60,894 nt of DNA from an uncultured Clostridiaceae bacterium (GCA_964573775.1 CAZNKU010000004.1:1-60894); one strand, 5' to 3'; positions 49,660 through 60,211 are shown, numbered from the stretch's first letter. Notes: generated from the sequence alone by a model not told the origin. Numbers and translations: made by a program.

Positions 49660-49845
49660 TCATTTTCCTCCCTCTCAATTCAACATTTTATATGATGTAA
49701 ATTAATAAATTAAACTATTTCGTTTTTACATTTTCAGACAAATTTACCGCTAAAATCAATGTACGACATATCGAAAATCTCGTTAGAGATTTATATCACT
49801 GCGGTATCCGACCGCATAGGTTCATATCAAGTCAAGAACATTGAC

Positions 49846-50775
49846 TCATTTTTTATTCACTATTTTTTCACCATCGAACAGGATAATTCCCTCTCCTCTA
49901 CCAAACACACCGTAGTTATCTATATAATTTTTCATATTGCGACGCAAACTTGTATCATCAGGCAGTCCTTTTGAAGAACCCTCATACGATTTATTGAATA
50001 TTCGCCAACAAGCCGTAAAGTCATTTCCTTCCTCTACGCAATTGACGATATCAAACATCTGTGAAAATTTTTTCAGATTTGAGTTCTCACCATATACCTT
50101 TTCTATGTACGGAGGATACAACAACCATGAATTACAATAGATTGGTAATATCCTTCCCTTTAGCTTTGCCCCGCCAAAAAACTCATATGCTTTTTTAAAC
50201 GACAAAACGCAATCTTCCACTTTTAGCGGACCCGACGACGGAATATGACACGAATATACTGTATCGCCTTTCTTGAGTGTATAATCACCCCAGTTATAGT
50301 CATCTAATTCATACGTTCTTAAATTATACTGCAACCTGCCAAGTGCAAATAAATTAAGCTCTTGTACCACAACATACCACGAAGAAAAAACTCCCACCAC
50401 ACCATAAAGATTCTTACATTCTTTAATTTTATATGAAATATCCGCTACAGTATCTCTAAATATTTCCATATCAATACTATATTTTTTATAGTTTTCTTCC
50501 ATATATGGAACAAGATACAGCCAGAAAATAAGTTGTAATGTATAGCTATGCTCCAAAGAAAGCTCTCCTACTATCGTCACAACCTCCTTCGACCTTCTCA
50601 ATTTTTCATCAAGCGTTTTAATGTCCATTGGTTCAAATGGATGTTTGCAAAGTTCCTTTTTATAATCATTTGCAAGTTGTTCAACCTTTTCGCCATAGAT
50701 TTTGTCAATTTCCATAATATATGGTATATCTTCTGACTCAACTCCAACTTTTTCAAAAACATCATATTTAATCAT
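49846..50775 (-). CDS. hypothetical protein, possibly the DUF5596/GNAT-like C-terminal acyltransferase family
   Basis: ORF 49846..50793. GGGAGGAAAG RBS then ATG at 50773-50775 (MIKYDVFEKV). Motif GDTVYSCHIPSSGPL...CNSWLLYP recalled from that family. Weak assignment. Confidence 0.4.
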   Translation of the reverse strand: MIKYDVFEKVGVESEDIPYIMEIDKIYGEKVEQLANDYKKELCKHPFEPMDIKTLDEKLRRSKEVVTIVGELSLEHSYTLQLIFWLYLVPYMEENYKKYSIDMEIFRDTVADISYKIKECKNLYGVVGVFSSWYVVVQELNLFALGRLQYNLRTYELDDYNWGDYTLKKGDTVYSCHIPSSGPLKVEDCVLSFKKAYEFFGGAKLKGRILPIYCNSWLLYPPYIEKVYGENSNLKKFSQMFDIVNCVEEGNDFTACWRIFNKSYEGSSKGLPDDTSLRRNMKNYIDNYGVFGRGEGIILFDGEKIVNKK

Positions 50776-50882
50776 TATACACTTTCCTCCCATTTTTCAC
50801 TCACTCATGGCATATTTAGTTGTCATCACTTCCAACCTCACTACAGTTGTGTCATGTTACAACCGAAAAAAATTTTTCTCTT

Positions 50883-52031
50883 TTAAATGCAGTACACAAC
50901 TGCAGTAATTCTTTTGGCGGATTCTGCCATAGATTTTAGTTCTATATATTCATTGGTGGAATGTATATTAAAGCCCTCTGTGCCAATACTGTCTACGCAG
51001 GGGATTCCACATTCCGTTACATACGCTGCATCGGAGCCACTTAAATTCTTTCTTGCTTTTAGTACAGGCAAGCCATTTTCCACATATATTTCATTCATTA
51101 TTTTAAGCAGTTCGTAATTCTTTTCCGAATAAGGCATTGCAGGTCGGTAGCTTACTTCTTTTGCTATACAGCTGCAACCTTCTATATATGTAGTATTTGC
51201 AACTTTTTTAAGGTATTCTCTTACTTCCGAAAGTTCTTCAGGTGTAGAAAAACGAATATCCACATTAAAAACACAATTTTCCGCAACCGTATTTGCAGTT
51301 GTGCCACCGTTTATAACCCCGCAATTACAGGTAATACCATCGGGGTTTTTAAGCTTTTCAAGCTCAATTATTTTATGTGCCGCCTCTGCAACAGCATTCG
51401 AAGCCTCGTGACAACGGGATGAATGCATAGCCTTGCCCTTCACTTCAAATAAATAGCGAAGTATTCCTTTTCGTTCCAGCACCAAAGTATCTTTTACATA
51501 CCCTTCAAGATTTAAAAATGCAACAGAATTTTCCGCCCTTTTACAAATATAGTTTATAGTTGCCTTTCCACTTAAGGAACTTCCTACTTCCTCATCACTT
51601 TGCAACAAAAGTTTTACAGGGCGTGATTTAAAACCGCATTTTTCCAGAGCATCCATAGCTAAAAGTGCCGCAACTATGCCGCCCTTACAGTCCATAACAC
51701 CGGGTCCGTACATATTTTTTTCATCACGGTGTACGGCAGGTGTACCGAAGGAACCCACAGGTTGTACGGTATCCATATGTCCCGAAAGGCTGACAGGTTG
51801 ACCTTTTGCATCGGGATTTAAGGTAATACACACAACATTTCCTGAAACGGGTTGTTCAAAAACCTCTACCTTCCAACCACGTTTTTTAGCAAAATCAACA
51901 AAGTAATTCCCTACGGCATCAACGCCTTCCTTAAAGTTGGTTGGACTTTCTATATTACAAACATCTTCAAGCACATCAAGGTACTTGGCACTAAGTTCAT
52001 CAATTTTTCCAAACAGCAATTCACATTTCAT
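50883..52031 (-). CDS. M20 family metallopeptidase (carboxypeptidase G2-like)
   Basis: ORF 50883..52112. GAGGTGA RBS then ATG at 52029-52031 (MKCELLFGKIDELS). SGHMDTV and DCKGG motifs, LLQSDEEVGS. Confidence 0.85.
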   Translation of the reverse strand: MKCELLFGKIDELSAKYLDVLEDVCNIESPTNFKEGVDAVGNYFVDFAKKRGWKVEVFEQPVSGNVVCITLNPDAKGQPVSLSGHMDTVQPVGSFGTPAVHRDEKNMYGPGVMDCKGGIVAALLAMDALEKCGFKSRPVKLLLQSDEEVGSSLSGKATINYICKRAENSVAFLNLEGYVKDTLVLERKGILRYLFEVKGKAMHSSRCHEASNAVAEAAHKIIELEKLKNPDGITCNCGVINGGTTANTVAENCVFNVDIRFSTPEELSEVREYLKKVANTTYIEGCSCIAKEVSYRPAMPYSEKNYELLKIMNEIYVENGLPVLKARKNLSGSDAAYVTECGIPCVDSIGTEGFNIHSTNEYIELKSMAESAKRITAVVYCI

Positions 52032-52173
52032 TTTTATCACCTCAAAATTTTTCAAAAAGGATTCTTCATAACTCATATCCCTAAGTACATAACCATAAAT
52101 ATTATAACACATTAAATAAAAAAAACATAGTATTTTAACTATATTTTTTCACAAAATTATATAAATTTATTTG

Positions 52174-52207
52174 TATAAAAACACATACTCAAATCGAGTA
52201 TGTGTTT
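52174..52207 (-). terminator. intrinsic terminator after the dehydratase-like gene
   Basis: 12-bp stem AAACACATACTC / GAGTATGTGTTT. A T-rich tail follows on the minus strand. Confidence 0.75.
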
Positions 52208-52210
52208 GAA

Positions 52211-53452
52211 TTAAATTTTAGCTGTTTCACGGCTTGATGCCATCATAAGCTTTATTCTGTTTTCCTGATTAACCTTTGATGCACTGGCATCGTAGTCGAT
52301 AGGCACGATATTAACATCGGGATTATTTTCCTTGATAATTTTTATCATACCCTTACCTACTATATGGTTTGGCAGACAGCCGAATGGCTGAGTACAGACA
52401 ATACTTTTTACACCCATATGTATAAGCTCTAACATTTCCGCAGTTAAAAGCCAGCCTTCACCCATTTTTACACCAAGGCTTATATAATCCTTTACAGCTT
52501 TTACCGTGTCGCGAAAATATGATGGTGGAACAAAATCACTGTTTTTCTTAATAACCTTTATTAAAAAGCGCTGTTTTGCAAGAGCATACAGGTAAACAAT
52601 GCGGTATATAGCCGCCTTTACTTTGCCCATACCATATAACTTTTTGTCCACTATACTGTTATATATACAATAAAGGCAAAAGTCAAGAAGTCCTCCCATT
52701 ACAACCTCACCATTGTTTTCAACAAGCAGTTTTTCAAGGTCATTGTTGCCGAGAGGTGAAAACTTAACGAAAATTTCACCAACTACACCGACTTTTAATT
52801 TTTCAACAGATTTATCAAGCTTTATATTTTTAAAAGCTTCAATAAGCCTGATGTACTCTTTTTTAATCAGCCTTTTATTAAGCTTATCCTTGGTAAGAAT
52901 GTCTATAATCTCATTTATAAACAGTAGGGAAACTCTGTCGGTTTCTCCCTTTTCAACTTCATAGGGCATACATTGATTTTTAAGGCACATAATAAGATCA
53001 CCAAACATAATTGCATACATAAAACGTACAAGCATTGGCAAGGTAATTTTAAGTGAAGAAGCATCAAGTCCTGAAAAATTCAATGAAATAACAGGAATAT
53101 GACCGTAACCAGCATTACTAAGTGCCTTACGAAGAAGTGAAATATAGTTAGATGCACGACAACCGCCACCTGTCTGGGTAATCATAAGGGCAATTTTGTC
53201 CTTGTCATATCCACCATTTTCAATTGCATCAATAAGCTGTCCTATAACAACCTGTGCAGGATAGCAGGTATCGTTGTGTACATATTTTAAACCGTATTCC
53301 TTAATTCCTTCATGGTCGGTTTTTAAAAGTTCTGCATTATAGCCGTATTTTTTAAGTATACCTATAAGCATTTCAAAATGAATAGGAAGCATTGTAGGCA
53401 CAAGTATTTTATAATCTTTTTTCATCTCTTCGGTAAATACTGCGTATTCCAA
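52211..53452 (-). CDS. 2-hydroxyacyl-CoA dehydratase (HgdB/D-like) family protein
   Basis: ORF 413 aa. It starts at a TTG immediately after, and in frame with, the TAA of the upstream ORF (next ATG at 53425). CTQPFGCLPNH motif. Confidence 0.75.
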   Translation of the reverse strand: MEYAVFTEEMKKDYKILVPTMLPIHFEMLIGILKKYGYNAELLKTDHEGIKEYGLKYVHNDTCYPAQVVIGQLIDAIENGGYDKDKIALMITQTGGGCRASNYISLLRKALSNAGYGHIPVISLNFSGLDASSLKITLPMLVRFMYAIMFGDLIMCLKNQCMPYEVEKGETDRVSLLFINEIIDILTKDKLNKRLIKKEYIRLIEAFKNIKLDKSVEKLKVGVVGEIFVKFSPLGNNDLEKLLVENNGEVVMGGLLDFCLYCIYNSIVDKKLYGMGKVKAAIYRIVYLYALAKQRFLIKVIKKNSDFVPPSYFRDTVKAVKDYISLGVKMGEGWLLTAEMLELIHMGVKSIVCTQPFGCLPNHIVGKGMIKIIKENNPDVNIVPIDYDASASKVNQENRIKLMMASSRETAKI

Positions 53453-56413
53453 TTATAAATTCTCCCTTTCTTCCAATGCAGCGGCAAGGCTGCGGAGTCT
53501 GATTTTCACCGCACCAAGATTGTTGATTTCATCAATTTTAAGCTGTGTATATATTTTGCCACCGGTTTCAAGAATAGCCTTTACTTCGTCAGTCGTAATG
53601 GCATCTATACCGCAACCGAAGGATACAAGCTGTACAAGCTCAGTATTTTTATGTGTTATTGCATAATTTGCGGCATTATAAAGACGTGAATGATATGTCC
53701 ATTGGTTAAGGACATCAACCTTTATTTTTTCTTCCCCCATAGGTATGCTGTCTTCACTTACAACAACAAAGTCCAAAGAAAGTGCAAGTTTATCAATAAG
53801 ATGGCAAATTTCAGGGTCAACATGGTACGGTCTACCTGCAAGAATAACAACACGTTTGTTATTTTCTGCAGCAAATTCCATCGCCTTTTTACCCTCTTCC
53901 ATTACATCTGCACGCCACTGATTATACACGGCACAACCTTCATTTACTGCGGCAAAAACCTTTGTAAAACGAATGTGTGAAAAGTTTTTGTTTATTATTT
54001 TATAAAGACCTTTTGCAAATTCATAGTTATTGTTGATATTAAGATAAGGTGCTAAAAACTTAATCCTTGAAAGTCTTTTTACATTAGACTTTAAAAGTTC
54101 TGAATAATACGCAACAACAGGACAGTTGTAGTGATTATCACCCGACTGTTCGTCAAAGTTATATGTAAGGCACGGATAGAAAATTGCATCTACATCCATA
54201 TCCAGAAGCTCCTCAACATGACCGTGCATCAGTTTAGCAGGATAACACACTGTGTCGGAAGGTATTGTATGCTGACCTTTTGTGTATGTTTTATGAGTTG
54301 AAAACTTGCTGAACTTAACCTTAAAGCCAAGGGTTGTAAATATGGTATACCAAAGAGGTGCCATTTCGTACATGCTAAGGGCAAGAGGTATGCCGATAGT
54401 TTCTTTATGTCCCTTCGGTTTTAAGTCTGTAATCTTATTGCGTTTATACTCATAAATATTGGGATAGTTATTTTTAACCTCTGTTGCTCCTGCTCCCTTT
54501 TCACACTTATTACCAGAAACAAGACGTTTTCCGTCATTAAATATATTTATTGTCAAATTACAGCGGTTTTCACAGCCCTTGCAATTTACAGCCTTTACAG
54601 TCTGTGAAAAATTTTTAACCTCTTCATAAGAAAGAATTGTGGTCTTTTCCTTTTTTACAGCTTTTGCATAAAGAGCTGCACCGTATGCACCCATAAGACC
54701 CGCTATTGCAGGACGTACGACATTTCTGCCCATTTCCATTTCAAAGCTGCGTAAAATGGCATCATTAAGGAAGGTGCCGCCCTGTACAACTATGTTTTTA
54801 CCAAGCTCGTCAGGATTATTGGCACGGATAACCTTGTAGATTGCATTTTTAACTACACTAACGGAAAGACCTGCAGATATTTCAGATACATCTGCTCCGT
54901 CCTTCTGCGCCTGTTTAACGGATGAGTTCATAAAAACAGTACATCTCGAACCTAAGTCTACAGGATTTTTAGCAGTAAGTGCAAGCTTTGCGAATTCCGC
55001 CACAGGGTAACCTGCAATGTTTGCAAAGGTTTCAATAAATGAACCGCAACCTGATGAGCAGGCTTCGTTAAGCATAATATTATCTATTGCATTATTGCGT
55101 ATTTTAAAACACTTTATATCCTGACCGCCAATATCCAAAATAAAGTCCACATCGGGCTTGAAATGGCGTGCCGCATAAAAATGTGCCATTGTTTCAACTA
55201 TACCGTTATCTACACCAAATGCGTGTTTAATAAGTTCTTCACCATAGCCTGTGACTGTACCTGAGGCTATTTTAATTTTGTCTCCGCACATTTCGTATAT
55301 TTTTATAAGCTCTTCCTTGATAACATCTGTGGGATTACCTCTGTTAGAGCCATAATAGCTGTAGAGAATTTTCTCTTTATTGTCTAAAAGCACAAGCTTT
55401 GTTGTTGTACTACCGCAGTCTATACCAAGGTATGCTTCACCGGAATATGTATTGATATCGGAATTTTCAACAGTCGCCATTTCATGACGCTTTTTAAATT
55501 TGTCATATTCCTGCTCGTTTTCAAAAAGAGGCGGTAATTTTGTGACATTGTCACTTGTATAACTCGCCTTGTTTAGCTTATCTGTAATTTCTTCAACGGT
55601 AAATTCATCAGATGTTTTGTTTGCAAGCAAAGCACAACCCAAAGCAACGGAAACAAGTGCATATTCGGGGAAAATTGCCTGAGATGGTGACAGGTTAAGT
55701 GTTTTGACAAATCTTTCTCTCAAACCCTTACAGTAGTGCAAAGGTCCGCCCAAAAACATTACATTTCCGGAAATTTCATAACCTTGTACAAGGCCAGAAA
55801 TTGTCTGATTTACCACTGCCTGATAAATACTTGCAGCAATATCCTCCTTTTTAGCACCCTGATTTATAAGAGGCTGAACATCGGATTTTGCAAAAACGCC
55901 ACAACGTGAGGCAATAGAATATATCTTTTCGTAATTTAAGCTGAGTTCGTCCAAAGTATCGTTATCAACGTTCAAAAGCGTTGCCATCTGGTCTATAAAC
56001 GCACCTGTACCTCCTGCACAGGTGCCGTTCATACGTTCATCGGTAATACCTTTGAAGAAGATAACCTTTGCATCTTCACCACCAAGCTCTATAACAACAT
56101 CTGTCTGAGGAGCAAGAGTCTTTACCATTTCACCTGTGGCAAAAACCTCCTGAACAAAGCTTATGCCCGTAGCATTTGCAAGACCCAAACCTGCGGAACC
56201 GGAAATACAGACCTTAACCTTTTCATTACCTACATATTCCTTTATACGTTCTACAAGCTCAACAGTTTTTTTACGTACTTCGGACATATGGCGTTCATAA
56301 CAGTTGAATACAAGCTTGCCATCTTTGATAAGTACAATCTTAACAGTTGTAGAACCAACATCAATGCCAAGTGTTATTTTATTTATATCACTAAAAAGTA
56401 AATTCTCAAACAT
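53453..56413 (-). CDS. acyl-CoA dehydratase activase-related protein (two BcrAD/BadFG ATPase domains plus a DUF2229-like region)
   Basis: ORF 986 aa. Two ASKHA phosphate-1 motifs LGIDVGSTTVKIVL and LGIDCGSTTTKLVL, plus CAGGTGAFID. Confidence 0.85.
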   Translation of the reverse strand: MFENLLFSDINKITLGIDVGSTTVKIVLIKDGKLVFNCYERHMSEVRKKTVELVERIKEYVGNEKVKVCISGSAGLGLANATGISFVQEVFATGEMVKTLAPQTDVVIELGGEDAKVIFFKGITDERMNGTCAGGTGAFIDQMATLLNVDNDTLDELSLNYEKIYSIASRCGVFAKSDVQPLINQGAKKEDIAASIYQAVVNQTISGLVQGYEISGNVMFLGGPLHYCKGLRERFVKTLNLSPSQAIFPEYALVSVALGCALLANKTSDEFTVEEITDKLNKASYTSDNVTKLPPLFENEQEYDKFKKRHEMATVENSDINTYSGEAYLGIDCGSTTTKLVLLDNKEKILYSYYGSNRGNPTDVIKEELIKIYEMCGDKIKIASGTVTGYGEELIKHAFGVDNGIVETMAHFYAARHFKPDVDFILDIGGQDIKCFKIRNNAIDNIMLNEACSSGCGSFIETFANIAGYPVAEFAKLALTAKNPVDLGSRCTVFMNSSVKQAQKDGADVSEISAGLSVSVVKNAIYKVIRANNPDELGKNIVVQGGTFLNDAILRSFEMEMGRNVVRPAIAGLMGAYGAALYAKAVKKEKTTILSYEEVKNFSQTVKAVNCKGCENRCNLTINIFNDGKRLVSGNKCEKGAGATEVKNNYPNIYEYKRNKITDLKPKGHKETIGIPLALSMYEMAPLWYTIFTTLGFKVKFSKFSTHKTYTKGQHTIPSDTVCYPAKLMHGHVEELLDMDVDAIFYPCLTYNFDEQSGDNHYNCPVVAYYSELLKSNVKRLSRIKFLAPYLNINNNYEFAKGLYKIINKNFSHIRFTKVFAAVNEGCAVYNQWRADVMEEGKKAMEFAAENNKRVVILAGRPYHVDPEICHLIDKLALSLDFVVVSEDSIPMGEEKIKVDVLNQWTYHSRLYNAANYAITHKNTELVQLVSFGCGIDAITTDEVKAILETGGKIYTQLKIDEINNLGAVKIRLRSLAAALEERENL

Positions 56414-56489
56414 ATTATCACCACAAATTATTTTTACGAATTTCTACCTAATTTATATTATACTACAAAAAAACTCAAAATCAATGGCT

Positions 56490-56871
56490 TTACAAAAATT
56501 TAACATAAATTACCTGTCCATACTTCCTCTTACAAAACCTTCTAAATCCCAAAGAGTACAAATATTCCTCTGCACTTTCAATCTTTTTTATTTTGTTGTA
56601 CTGAATCTTCATATTTTTCAGCAATTTAGACCGTAAAGTCTCAATCCTTTACAGTATGTAACAAAGTGTAAATTGTAACAGCATACACCCTTTTTTTGTT
56701 GATTTTTGCGCTTTCGCAGGCAATTTTCAAAAGCAAGCTAATGTCTACACCTCCTGAAAAGGCCGCTACGACATCAATGTAAGCATCCTGAGAGGTCTGT
56801 TTTTTCTTCATAATAAACGCAGGTGTAAAGTGTATTTCCTTTACATCTGCATCCGACAATTTCGGAAACAA
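56490..56871 (-). pseudogene. degraded LarE-like PP-loop ATPase (ATP-dependent sacrificial sulfur transferase family) remnant
   Basis: ORF 56641..56871 encodes ...VVAAFSGGVDISLLLKIACE... (PP-loop SGGxDS with the last Ser changed to Ile), then stops. In another frame, 56490-56612 encodes ...IESAEEYLYSLGFRRF..., which resembles the LarE C-terminal AEKYLRSLGF region. The central ~130-150 codons are missing. Confidence 0.6.
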
Positions 56872-57021
56872 CCTATTTTACATGGCTTTCTGCGAAAATA
56901 AAGTTATGCCTCTTTCACAGTAAATTCGTTGTTCTTAAATCTCCCAAAACTTCATATATTTCCACACTATCACTCCTGAAAATAACATATAATCATTGTA
57001 TCATAATGAAGATATTTTTTC

Positions 57022-57053
57022 AACAAAAAAGTCCCGAACAAATAGTTCGGGAC
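57022..57053 (-). terminator. intrinsic terminator after the lipoprotein gene
   Basis: Stem GTCCCGAAC / GTTCGGGAC with a 5-nt loop. TTTTTTGTTG follows on the minus strand. Confidence 0.8.
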
Positions 57054-57062
57054 AAATTAAGC

Positions 57063-57668
57063 TTAATAAGCAAAGAATCCTATGCCTGTTGTTTTATTTT
57101 CTATGCCGTAAACCGAAAGTTGATTTACGCTGTCATCTTTTATCTTTCTCCAGCTTAAAAACTCATCCGAAAGATTTTCAATGGGTGTTTGCGGTACATA
57201 CAAAACATATTCCGTACCGTCCATACCGTTTGGCACTGAAACTACATACCGCATTTCGTCTTCTATATACTCGTTGCCTTCATTCTCTATATCAAATTCA
57301 CTTAATTTCATTTTATATGAATAATCGTCTGTCTTTTCAATATCGGTAAACTTACCGCTGAAATCCGCACAGTATACGGTACCTAAAGGATAACCTTCAC
57401 CAACATTGCCCATTTCGGAATTGTGATATGAGCCTGAAAATGTACCGTCGGGTTTAAGTGTAAGTGATGTATACCATGCACCTGCACCGCTTGAAAAACC
57501 AAAGTCCAGCGGTTGGTCAAAGGGTAGTGATATTGTCTGAGGTGTTACAACACTTTCATCAGGCTTTGTACTTTCGGGTAAATCCGTTTTATTTTTACCG
57601 CAGCCTGCCAAAAAACTTACACAAAGAACAAAACAACAAAGCAAAACTAAAAGTCTATTCTTTTTCAT
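57063..57668 (-). CDS. lipoprotein of unknown function
   Basis: ORF 201 aa. Signal peptide with lipobox MKKNRLLVLLCCFVLCVSFLAGC. Confidence 0.7.
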   Translation of the reverse strand: MKKNRLLVLLCCFVLCVSFLAGCGKNKTDLPESTKPDESVVTPQTISLPFDQPLDFGFSSGAGAWYTSLTLKPDGTFSGSYHNSEMGNVGEGYPLGTVYCADFSGKFTDIEKTDDYSYKMKLSEFDIENEGNEYIEDEMRYVVSVPNGMDGTEYVLYVPQTPIENLSDEFLSWRKIKDDSVNQLSVYGIENKTTGIGFFAY

Positions 57669-58686
57669 GCTTAATCCTCCTTGTATAATTTTTGAACATT
57701 ACACACAAGGTAACACTTATGGAATATACAAGTACAAAGTTTATAAGGTACATTCTGAGCTGACCGAATGAAAATACACTTGATGTAAATCCATTAACTG
57801 CATATATTACATATATATGGAACAGGAATATTAAAAATGTAGCATCATTTATTTTTTCAAACAGCTCTGTTCTAAAAATCCTTGACCTGTAAACTGTAAA
57901 TAAACCGTACATAAAAAGCAACATAGTGTATAAATACAAAAGTCGCACATAATCAAGCACAGGATACACCTTATAATAATAACTTACACCGTATGCCATA
58001 TATGAATCTGCACAGAGTAATACAAAAGCCGCTATACCGAACTTCCAAAAATGTGTTTTTATAAAATCACTAAACGCATTATAATATTTGCCGCATACAC
58101 AACCTAAAATCCATACAAAAATGTAGGAAGTAAACAAACCGTGATTATATGTAAAATCTATATTGAAAGCAGCAAGAACATCTGGCAAGTGACAGTAGAA
58201 CAGCACGTTAACAACTGCCGCTATACTTAAAAGCCAAAACACCTTTTTTATTTCAAGCAATTTTCTCCACAGCGGGAAAAGTAAATAAAATTGCATTATA
58301 ACAAATATAAAGTAAAAATGACTTTCTCCACTGCCAAATAGAATAAATTTAACAAGCTGAGGTATATTGAATTTATAAAACCCTCTTGTAACCTCAAAAA
58401 GGTAGTATATTGTCGCAAAAACAAGATACGGTATGTAAATTTTGCGGAATCTTGATTTTATATACTTACGGTAGTCTATTTTTGAAGTATCCTTCAAAAA
58501 AAGCTTAAGCGATGACAAAAATACAAAACCGTGTACTGCAACACCGCACATACGGTGAATAAAGAAAAGTATTCTACTTACATTTTCAGTTGTATAATGT
58601 CCTATTATTGGTGCTGCCGTTACATGGATAAAAATAACCATTAAGCAAAACATCACGTTTAATACGGAAATTTCATTTTTTTTCAT
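57655..58686 (-). CDS. acyltransferase family 3 (O-acyltransferase) membrane protein
   Basis: ORF 57655..58701, ATG at 58684-58686 (MKKNEISVLNVMFCLMVIFIHV). About 10 TM helices. Confidence 0.8.
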   Translation of the reverse strand: MKKNEISVLNVMFCLMVIFIHVTAAPIIGHYTTENVSRILFFIHRMCGVAVHGFVFLSSLKLFLKDTSKIDYRKYIKSRFRKIYIPYLVFATIYYLFEVTRGFYKFNIPQLVKFILFGSGESHFYFIFVIMQFYLLFPLWRKLLEIKKVFWLLSIAAVVNVLFYCHLPDVLAAFNIDFTYNHGLFTSYIFVWILGCVCGKYYNAFSDFIKTHFWKFGIAAFVLLCADSYMAYGVSYYYKVYPVLDYVRLLYLYTMLLFMYGLFTVYRSRIFRTELFEKINDATFLIFLFHIYVIYAVNGFTSSVFSFGQLRMYLINFVLVYSISVTLCVMFKNYTRRIKHEKE

Positions 58687-58734
58687 AATTTTTACCAACA
58701 TTCTTAAAGATTATATTTATATTGTAGAATTAAT

Positions 58735-58750
58735 GTACAATTTAGATGCC
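58735..58750. repeat. copy A of the GT(G)CACAATTTAGATGC motif
   Basis: GTACAATTTAGATGCC, about 50 nt downstream of the pyk stop codon. Confidence 0.7.
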
Positions 58751-58798
58751 TCTTTTTTATCGATATAAAATCATCATCTGCTTGATGTTCTTGTTACA

Positions 58799-60211
58799 TT
58801 ACAGTTCTTCCACCTTAATAAGACTGGTATTTCCGGACTGACCATTTGTATCGCCACCCGTTATGACTATTCTGTCTCCTTTTTTCAAATGCAATGTTTC
58901 CTGCGCAATTTTCTTGGCAGTATAGAAGAGAACATCAGTAGAGGTAAATTTTTCACACATCACAGGTATTACTCCCCAGGATAAAGCAAGTCTGCGCCAT
59001 GAGTTTTCATTAGTAGTAAGTCCAATTATAGGCACAGGCGAACGGAATCTCGAAACCATTCGTGCAGTCATTCCTGACAAGGAGCAAGCAATAATTGCTT
59101 TTGCATCAAGGTCTAATGCCATTCCACAGGTTGAGTGAGAAATTGCATCCACTTCGTTTTTTATATGAAATTCTGCATTGTGAAAGCGCTTGTCATAGTG
59201 AATGTTGTTTTCTGTTGCTTCAGCGATTTTTGCCATTATTTCAACGGTTTCCACAGGATATTTTCCTGCTGCCGTTTCGCCGGAGAGCATAATGGCACTC
59301 GTGCCGTCATAAACTGCATTGGCAACATCAGAAATTTCTGCCCTTGTAGGTCGTGGATTATAAATCATTGTTTCAAGCATTTCCGTGGCAGTTATTACTC
59401 TTTTTCCAAGCAATCTACACTTTGTTATAAGTTTTTTTTGCATTGCAGGAAGTTGTTCAAAAGGAACCTCAACGCCCATATCTCCCCTTGCAATCATTAT
59501 ACCATCACAGTATTCACAAATTTCAACAATATTATCGAATCCGGACTGATTTTCAATTTTTGCAATTAGTTCAATTTTTTCTGCTTTAATTTCTTTTAAA
59601 TATTCATGAACATCTATTAAGTTTTGCTTATTGGAAACAAAAGAGCATGCAATATAATCAACTTCATTTTCTACACCAAACAAAATATCCTGTTTATCTT
59701 GTTCAGAAAGGTATTCCTGTTTCATAACTTTTCCGGGAAAACTCATGCTTTTTCTGTTTGAAAGTTCTCCGCCGCAAAGTACTTTACAGATAATATCCTT
59801 ATTTTCAATTTTTTCAACAAGAAATGTTAAAAGTCCGTTATTAAGCAAAATTGTATCGCCGACAGTAAGTTCATCAGCAAGACTGGGATAGTTGACAGAG
59901 ACGATGTTTTCGTTCCCAATTACATCTGCTGTTGTAAAAACAAACCGATTGCCCTCAACGAGCGTTACCTTTCCGTCTTTAAAAGTTTTTATTCTATATT
60001 CGGGACCTTTCGTATCAAGCATAATTGCAACTGGAATATTGAGTTCCTGTCGTACTTCTTTGATCAAATCTATTCTTTTTTGATGTTCGCTGTGGGTCCC
60101 ATGAGAAAAATTCAGTCTTGCAACATTCATTCCTGCTTTGCACAAACCTGAAAGAACTTCCTTAGTTTCACTTGCTGGTCCGATTGTGCATACTATTTTG
60201 GTTTTACGCAT
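58799..60211 (-). CDS. pyk: pyruvate kinase
   Basis: ORF 470 aa. MRKTKIVCTIGPAS, NFSHG, MIARGDMGVE. AAGGAGAAAC RBS. Confidence 0.95.
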   Translation of the reverse strand: MRKTKIVCTIGPASETKEVLSGLCKAGMNVARLNFSHGTHSEHQKRIDLIKEVRQELNIPVAIMLDTKGPEYRIKTFKDGKVTLVEGNRFVFTTADVIGNENIVSVNYPSLADELTVGDTILLNNGLLTFLVEKIENKDIICKVLCGGELSNRKSMSFPGKVMKQEYLSEQDKQDILFGVENEVDYIACSFVSNKQNLIDVHEYLKEIKAEKIELIAKIENQSGFDNIVEICEYCDGIMIARGDMGVEVPFEQLPAMQKKLITKCRLLGKRVITATEMLETMIYNPRPTRAEISDVANAVYDGTSAIMLSGETAAGKYPVETVEIMAKIAEATENNIHYDKRFHNAEFHIKNEVDAISHSTCGMALDLDAKAIIACSLSGMTARMVSRFRSPVPIIGLTTNENSWRRLALSWGVIPVMCEKFTSTDVLFYTAKKIAQETLHLKKGDRIVITGGDTNGQSGNTSLIKVEEL

